This document shows, in pieces, positions 57,458-64,000 of a stretch of DNA of 64,000 bases; the first letter of the stretch is position 1, and the number at the start of each line of letters is the position of its first letter. The DNA lies in NCBI RefSeq assembly GCF_009914755.1, contig NC_060938.1. The stretch is one strand, 5' to 3'. The notes beneath the pieces were generated by a model that saw only the letters and a program-made list of their open reading frames with translations, had not been told where the DNA came from and searched no databases. This stretch comes from the human T2T-CHM13v2.0 reference genome, Homo sapiens. A program made the position numbers and the translations under genes.

Positions 57458-58760
57458 TCATTAAGAGTTCATTAAATCAGTATGGTTCACAATAACCGTC
57501 CTTTGCTGTCAAGCTATTACGAAAGATCTCATCAGAAGTCTGCATGTCACTCTTCTTCTCTTCCTTCCTTCCTCACCCTCACGCTTGTTGGTCAGAGCCC
57601 TCTCTTAAAGGAAGAAAGCCCAGGGCTCCTGGCCTCCAGCCCAGAGCTCCAGGGAAGGGGCCGGCCATGTCTGAGCTAGGGAAGAGGCTGCAGAAGATAA
57701 AGGTTCTGGGGACATGCTCCAAGTTAGAAAGCCAGGTAAGGCTCCCTGACGTCCGCCCAGCAGGACAAAAGCAGACAATTATGGGATGCACCAGAGTCGT
57801 GCAGCCCCTTTGGCCCCTGCAATATCAGACGCTTCAGAGACCTGACTGTCTTGCTGTTTGGCTGACGCCGGCCTTAGAAGAACAAGCAGGTCAGAGGATG
57901 GAATTAATTTCCTAAAATTGAATGTCATGTTGAAAAGTCATCTCAGGATTTCCTGCCAGAGGGAAGGAGAAATGGCCATTTGGTCTTTGCTCTCTCAATA
58001 GCCTGTTGTAGCCTGCCACTTACATCTTTAGTTTTGGGTTGAACCGCATGAAAGTGCCATGTGTTAGGGCAGGAATCATAGAAATAAGCACGTTTATGTA
58101 GCATAATTGAATAAAAATAACAGTGAAAAGGTGGTTCCAGAGATGAAGGGAAGAAACAAAACAGACCTCGGCTCTCTGTTTTCTGGGGAAGTACCGGTAC
58201 TGAGATATCAGATCATTTTGCACGTAATGACACCCCAGTGCTGTGATGAAATTGTCACCAATGCATTAGAGGACTTGAAAATGATATAGCCTCTTTGGAA
58301 ATGAATAGGCAAGCACGTAGGAAGAGTTATCAAAGGCCAGATGCCCCTTGTTAAGCAGTCCTCCTCCTCCTGGAGATATGCTTCTAAGAAAACCACCTCC
58401 AAAGAAGGGAAAAATCATTTTCCTGAAGGTGTTCCACGCGGTGTGAGTTTGACCCTGAAAATCGGAGGTGGCCTCTGCCCTGGGTAACACCAGGACAGCT
58501 AAACCGGTAATAGATGCCAGAGACGGGGCAACAGGAACCCCTCCATAGAGAAGGGAAAATCAGACCAGTATGGCGCCGAAGCCCCCTGGTGAAAATGCCA
58601 CTCATGTTGACCCTGTCCCCAGAAGTTTCCTCTAGGGAATTTTACCTGGTTACTCTCACGGTAGCTAAAATCTGTCAGTTTCATCACTTGGAAGTGGAAG
58701 CTTCAGGGGTGAGACCTCTGTGTGTGTGTGTATTTGTGCATGCTTAAAAAACCTCCAACA

Positions 58761-59074
58761 GGCTGGGCGTGGTGGCTCACACCTGGAATCCCAGAACTTT
58801 GGGAGGCCGAGTCAGGATTGCTTGAGCCTGGGAGCTCAAGGTCAGTCTGGGCAACATAGTAAGAGACCATCACTAGCAAAAAAAAAAAAAAAAAAAAATT
58901 AGCTGGGCATGGTGGACCTGTAGTCCCAGCTACTCTGGAGGCTGAGGTGGGAGGATCAATTGAGCCCAGGAATTCAAGGTTTCAGTGAGCTATGATTGCA
59001 CCACTGCACTCCAGCCTGTGTGGCAGAGAGAGACCCTGTTTGAAAAAAAAACAACAAACAAACTCAAAAACAAT
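58761..59074 (+). mobile_element. AluJ SINE
   Basis: J-type dimer with an expanded middle A run. Confidence 0.92.
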
Positions 59075-59402
59075 AAAACCCTCAAACACAGAGTCAGCTA
59101 ATGAAACAAGACAGGGGAGCGGGCAGAGATCAAATCCGGCCGTGCCTCAGGCTGCCGCAACAGAACTGGGGGCGGCTGGGTGGGGCGTGGGGTCAGACGG
59201 GTGCTTCCCTACTTTTATCAGAATGGGCTTTAATGCTTAAGGCTCTCATCCTTTCTTTAAAGATAGAACAACAACAACAACAAGAAAGCTGGACCCAATC
59301 TGTGCTCAGACTTGCGGGGTTGGCTCACATTTCCTTCTCGGCCAGGTGTCCTCTGTTACTTTTTGCGCCCTCCCAGGACCTCGAGGGAACCAAACCCTGC
59401 TA

Positions 59403-61736
59403 CCCCTCCACCTCAGCCCCCTCCACCGCAGCCCCCTCCACCTCAGCCCCCTCCACCGCAGCCCCCTCCACCTCAGCCCCCTCCACCGCAGCCCCCTCCA
59501 CCACAGCCCCCTCCACCTCAGCCCCCTCCACCTCAGCCCCCTCCACCTCAGCCCCCTCCACCTCAGCCCCCTCCACCGCAGCCCCCTCCACCTCAGCCCC
59601 CTCCACCTCAGCCCCCTCCACCGCAGCCCCCTCCACCTCAGCCCCCTCTCCACCACAGCCCCCTCTCCACCGCAGCCCCCTCCACCGCAGCCCCCTCCAC
59701 CTCAGCCCCCTCTCCACCACAGCCCCCTCTCCACCTCAGCCCCCTCCACCGCAGCCCCCTCCACCTCAGCCCCCTCCACCGCAGCCCCCTCCACCTCAGC
59801 CCCCCCTCCACCTCAGCCCCCTCCACCGCAGCCCCCTCCACCGCAGCCCCCCTCCACCTCAGCCCCCTCCACCTCAGCCCCCCCTCCACCTCAGCCCCCT
59901 CCACCTCAGCCCCCTCTCCACCACAGCCCCCTCTCCACCTCAGCCCCCTCCACCGCAGCCCCCTCCACCTCAGCCCCCTCCACCGCAGCCCCCTCCACCT
60001 CAGCCCCCTCCACCGCAGCCCCCTCCACCTCAGCCCCCCCTCCACCTCAGCCCCCTCCACCACAGCCCCCTCCACCTCAGCCCCCTCCACCTCAGCCCCC
60101 TCCACCGCAGCCCCCTCCACCTCAGCCCCCTCCACCTCAGCCCCCTCCACCGCAGCCCCCTCCACCTCAGCCCCCTCTCCACCACAGCCCCCTCTCCACC
60201 GCAGCCCCCTCCACCGCAGCCCCCTCCACCTCAGCCCCCTCTCCACCACAGCCCCCTCTCCACCTCAGCCCCCTCCACCGCAGCCCCCTCCACCTCAGCC
60301 CCCTCCACCGCAGCCCCCTCCACCTCAGCCCCCTCCACCTCAGCCCCCTCCACCGCAGCCCCCTCCACCGCAGCCCCCCTCCACCTCAGCCCCCTCCACC
60401 TCAGCCCCCTCCACCGCAGCCCCCTCCACCGCAGCCCCCTCCACCTCAGCCCCCTCCACCGCAGCCCCCTCCACCTCAGCCCCCTCCACCTCAGCCCCCT
60501 CCACCTCAGCCCCCTCCACCGCAGCCCCCTCCACCGCAGCCCCCCTCCACCTCAGCCCCCTCCACCTCAGCCCCCCCTCCACCTCAGCCCCCTCCACCTC
60601 AGCCCCCTCTCCACCACAGCCCCCTCTCCACCTCAGCCCCCTCCACCGCAGCCCCCTCCACCTCAGCCCCCTCCACCGCAGCCCCCTCCACCTCAGCCCC
60701 CTCCACCGCAGCCCCCTCCACCTCAGCCCCCTCCACCGCAGCCCCCTCCACCTCAGCCCCCCCTCCACCTCAGCCCCCTCCACCGCAGCCCCCTCCACCG
60801 CAGCCCCCCTCCACCTCAGCCCCCTCCACCGCAGCCCCCTCCACCTCAGCCCCCCCTCCACCGCAGCCCCCTCCACCTCAGCCCCCTCCACCGCAGCCCC
60901 TCTCCACCTCAGCCCCCTCCACCTCAGCCCCCCCTCCACCTCAGCCCCCTCCACCTCAGCCCCCTCTCCACCTCAGCCCCCTCCACCACAGCCCCCTCCA
61001 CCTCAGCCCCCTCCACCGCAGCCCCCTCCACCGCAGCCCCCTCCACCTCAGCCCCCTCCACCTCAGCCCCCTCCACCTCAGCCCTCTCCACCTCAGCCCC
61101 CCCTCCACCTCAGCCCCCTCCACCTCAGCCCCCTCCACCGCAGCCCCCTCCACCTCAGCCCCCTCCACCTCAGCCCCCTCCACCTCAGTCCCCTCTCCAC
61201 CTCAGCCCCCTCCACCTCAGCCCCCTCCACCTCAGCCCCCTCCACCTCAGCCCTCTCCACCTCAGCCCCCTCTCCACCTCAGCCCCCTCCACCTCAGCCC
61301 CCTCCACCTCAGCCCCCTCCACCTCAGCCCCCTCCACCTCAGCCCCCCCTCCACCTCAGCCCCCTCCACCTCAGCCCCTCCACCGCAGCCCCCTCCACCT
61401 CAGCCCCCTCCACCTCAGCCTCCTCTCCACCTCAGCCCCCTCCACCTCAGCCTCCTCCACCTCAGCCTCCTCTCCACCTCAGCCCCCTCCACCTCAGCCC
61501 CCTCCACCTCAGTCCCCTCCACCTCAGCCCCCTCCACCTCAGCCCCCTCCACCTCAGCCCCCCCTCCACCTCAGCCCCCTCCACCTCAGCCCCCCCTCCA
61601 CCTCAGCCCCCTCCACCTCAGCCCCCTCCACCTCAGCCTCCTCTCCACCTCAGCCCCCTCCACCTCAGCCCCCTCCACCTCAGCCTCCTCTCCACCTCAG
61701 CCTCTCCACCTCAGCCCCCTCCACCTCAGCCCCCTC
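59403..61736. repeat. C-rich VNTR, 15-bp base unit GCCCCCTCCACC(T/G/A)CA with 14-17 bp variants, roughly 150 units
   Basis: Direct read; about 2.33 kb continuous array. Confidence 0.99.
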
Positions 61737-62780
61737 TGCTGCCACAGTCCCTTCAGGGTCCCAGGCAGCTTCACCAGGAGTGGGTTGGGGGCTGGAGAGG
61801 CAGGAGGGGGAGGGGAAGAGGGGAATCCTCCCAGCAGGAAAGAGCCACTCAGCTGAAGGGGCCTGGGGGCTGCCCAGGGCTCACTCCCATCTGACCGCGC
61901 CCACCATCCCACTCTCTCTCCACCACCCTCCCCAGGGCTACAAACTCCTTGCACAGGGGAGGAGGGAGAGCCTCCAGAGGGAGCCCCTCTTCCTGGTCCC
62001 GGGATCCCAGGCCTCTTCCTCTCTCCCTGGTTGCCTAGGAGCGGTCATTGTTCTGAAGCCCCAGAGCAAAGGGGATCTCAAACAAATGCTCCATCCTGGG
62101 GCCTTCCTGCTGGATCTGACATTTGGGATGTTTTTAATTCCTGGAGAGACAGATTTGCCACAGGGGAGAAATGACCTCTCTGTGGGCCGCTCCTGGTTAG
62201 GCTGCCTAGGACGCAAGGGAGCGAGGCAGGAGAGACCATCTCTGTTTTACGGGGCTCTCCCGGTATCTTCAGAGAGTCCAGGTAAAGGCCTGCCTTGGTG
62301 CCAATGGCAGAAACCTTACTGGCCCAGACCAGGCCTGGGATTCCTGTGGTGCCCTCGGCTCGCTGCTAGCATGGTCTCAGAGGACTCATGTTGCCCCCAT
62401 GATGGGAGCCCATGCAGAGTGGGTGGGTGGAGAGGCCAGGAGGCGGCAGGTGCAGATGCGTGTTTGAGGATTGCGTGCAGGGAGGGCGAGGCGGGGGCCC
62501 GTGGTCAGTTAGGATCTGTCCGTTGTCAAATGCAGGGAATGAAGTGGCTCTCTCTCTTTCAGGCCAGCGCCAGGCAGGTGGACAGTGTTTCCAGTGGCCT
62601 TCCTGTGGCCTCGACATGGTCAGCTCCCGGGCTGCCTCTGTGGCTAGCTCTGGGACCTCCCCAGGTGCCACATCCCTGGCTCCATGGGACCCTCTCCAGG
62701 CCTGGGGCCAGCAGGACCCCTGGAGATGTGCCCCTCTTTCTCTGGTTCACACAGCACCATCGACTTGGCCCCCAGCATGT

Positions 62781-62987
62781 CCTCAGCCACCGTCATCATC
62801 TCTCCATCCCTCAGCCACCGTCATCATCTCTCCATCCCTCAGCCACCGTCATCATCTCTCCACCCCTCAGCCACCGTCATCATCTCTCCATCCCTCAGCC
62901 ACCGTCATCATCTCTCCATCCCTCAGCCACCGTCATCATCTCTCCATCCCTCAGCCAACGTCATCATCTCTCCATCCCTCAGCCACG
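62781..62987. repeat. 28-bp minisatellite, about 7.4 copies
   Basis: Unit CCTCAGCCACCGTCATCATCTCTCCATC starting at 62781, 62809, 62837, 62865, 62893, 62921, 62949 and partially at 62977. Confidence 0.97.
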
Positions 62988-63059
62988 ATCCCAGTTGAGG
63001 TCACATCCTACCCACAGGGGCCCTACTGTGCCCCAGGTCCCTCGGCGACCAAGCTCCGG

Positions 63060-63400
63060 TCCTCATCTCACGTTCACTCTGAACCAAGGCAAGCTGTCTG
63101 GACTTCCACCCTGACCATGCCACTGCCCTGCTCACAGCTGGGGCCTGCCAGCCTCGGGATACAGTCCTTGGTCCCCCATTCCAGCCTCTCCACCAGGCCT
63201 GCCTCCCTCCAGTCATGTGGCAGCCGTGCATGTGGCCCCTCACTCCGGCCTTGGCATGCCTGTTCCCTGTGCTGGGATGGCCCCATCGTCCCCACCTCAC
63301 CCTCTGCTTCCTGGCTACCTCCCTCCTCCTGAAGCTCCGCTTACTCCTCCTCTCCTCCAGGAAGCCCTCCCTCACTACCTCCCTCCCGGAACTTCTCCTC
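63060..63400 (+). mobile_element. L2 LINE fragment
   Basis: ggccttggcatgcctgttccctgtgctgggatg...tcctccaggaagccctccctcac. Confidence 0.6.
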
Positions 63401-64000
63401 CACTTTGGGGCTAACTCTCCCTTCCTGGCCCCCCACCCCCAGCCCAGTCTAATTGGAGTGTGGCCGGAGCTTCAGTCAGGGCAGTGCAGGTTAGCAAATG
63501 GTTGTGGATGAGTGCCTGTGGGCATGTATGGGCTTCCAGTTGCCTCTGCAGGACTTGGGTGGGGGAGGAGGTACAGCCCCCCGGGTGCCCCCGTCCACTC
63601 CCCTTACCGTAACACCGACCTTCACCAGCCCTCCACTTCCTGGTGAAAAGCAGACCTGTGGCCTTGGGCGTCTGCAGCAAGGCCTCAGCTTGGGTCGCTT
63701 CTCTCCTGTCAGCGTGGGCCAGCGTGGGCTGCTGTGGCCCCGGCTGCTCCAGGTTGGGGGGATTAATTGGCCTGTTGCTGGAGGCAGGCAGAGGCTGGAC
63801 GGCGGGTAGGCAGAGCAGGCGAGGGGGACCCAAGACCTGAGCCCCTGTGTTTGCGGGGTGAGGGCGGTGTCCCTGGAGGGAGGGGGTGCTTCTGGCCCTA
63901 GGCGAGGGTCCCTGGTGAGCGCCTCTGCAGGGACCCATCCACAGGGCAGCCCACATTAGCATTCTCTGCACAAGAGTTTGCAAAGGAATGACTCACACTC

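Noticed and set aside
59312-61894. 860-aa and 836-aa proline-rich or mucin-like ORFs as real genes
   Set aside because: They are alternative frames of a stop-free VNTR with non-ATG starts, and indel units scramble the frame, so there is no sign of coding constraint.

Overview
This is primate (human or great ape) euchromatic, GC-rich DNA with no recognisable conserved protein-coding gene. Roughly half is decayed interspersed repeat: Alu, L1, L2, MIR, MaLR/ERVL LTRs and hAT-Charlie MER elements. One ORF (45669-45986, 105 aa) matches my recollection of the putative protein of LINC00523/C14orf70. If that is right, the window lies at 14q32.2 between BEGAIN and DLK1, just proximal to the imprinted DLK1-DIO3 domain; this placement is from memory and needs BLAT. 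The main observations are: (1) that ORF is read from the antisense strand of an ancient L2 element; (2) a ~2.3 kb C-rich 15-mer VNTR with variant-unit structure that keeps all three + frames open, next to a motif-related 28-mer minisatellite; (3) a three-level nest of retroelements inside a deleted ERVL provirus, with target-site duplications (TSDs) still readable; (4) a CpG island with a CTCF-like motif; (5) several repeat-free blocks that look like enhancers. No CRISPR array, tRNA or rRNA was seen. I cannot demonstrate a wholly new biological system, so the findings are ranked hypotheses. Repeat subfamily names come from remembered consensus sequences and boundaries are approximate.
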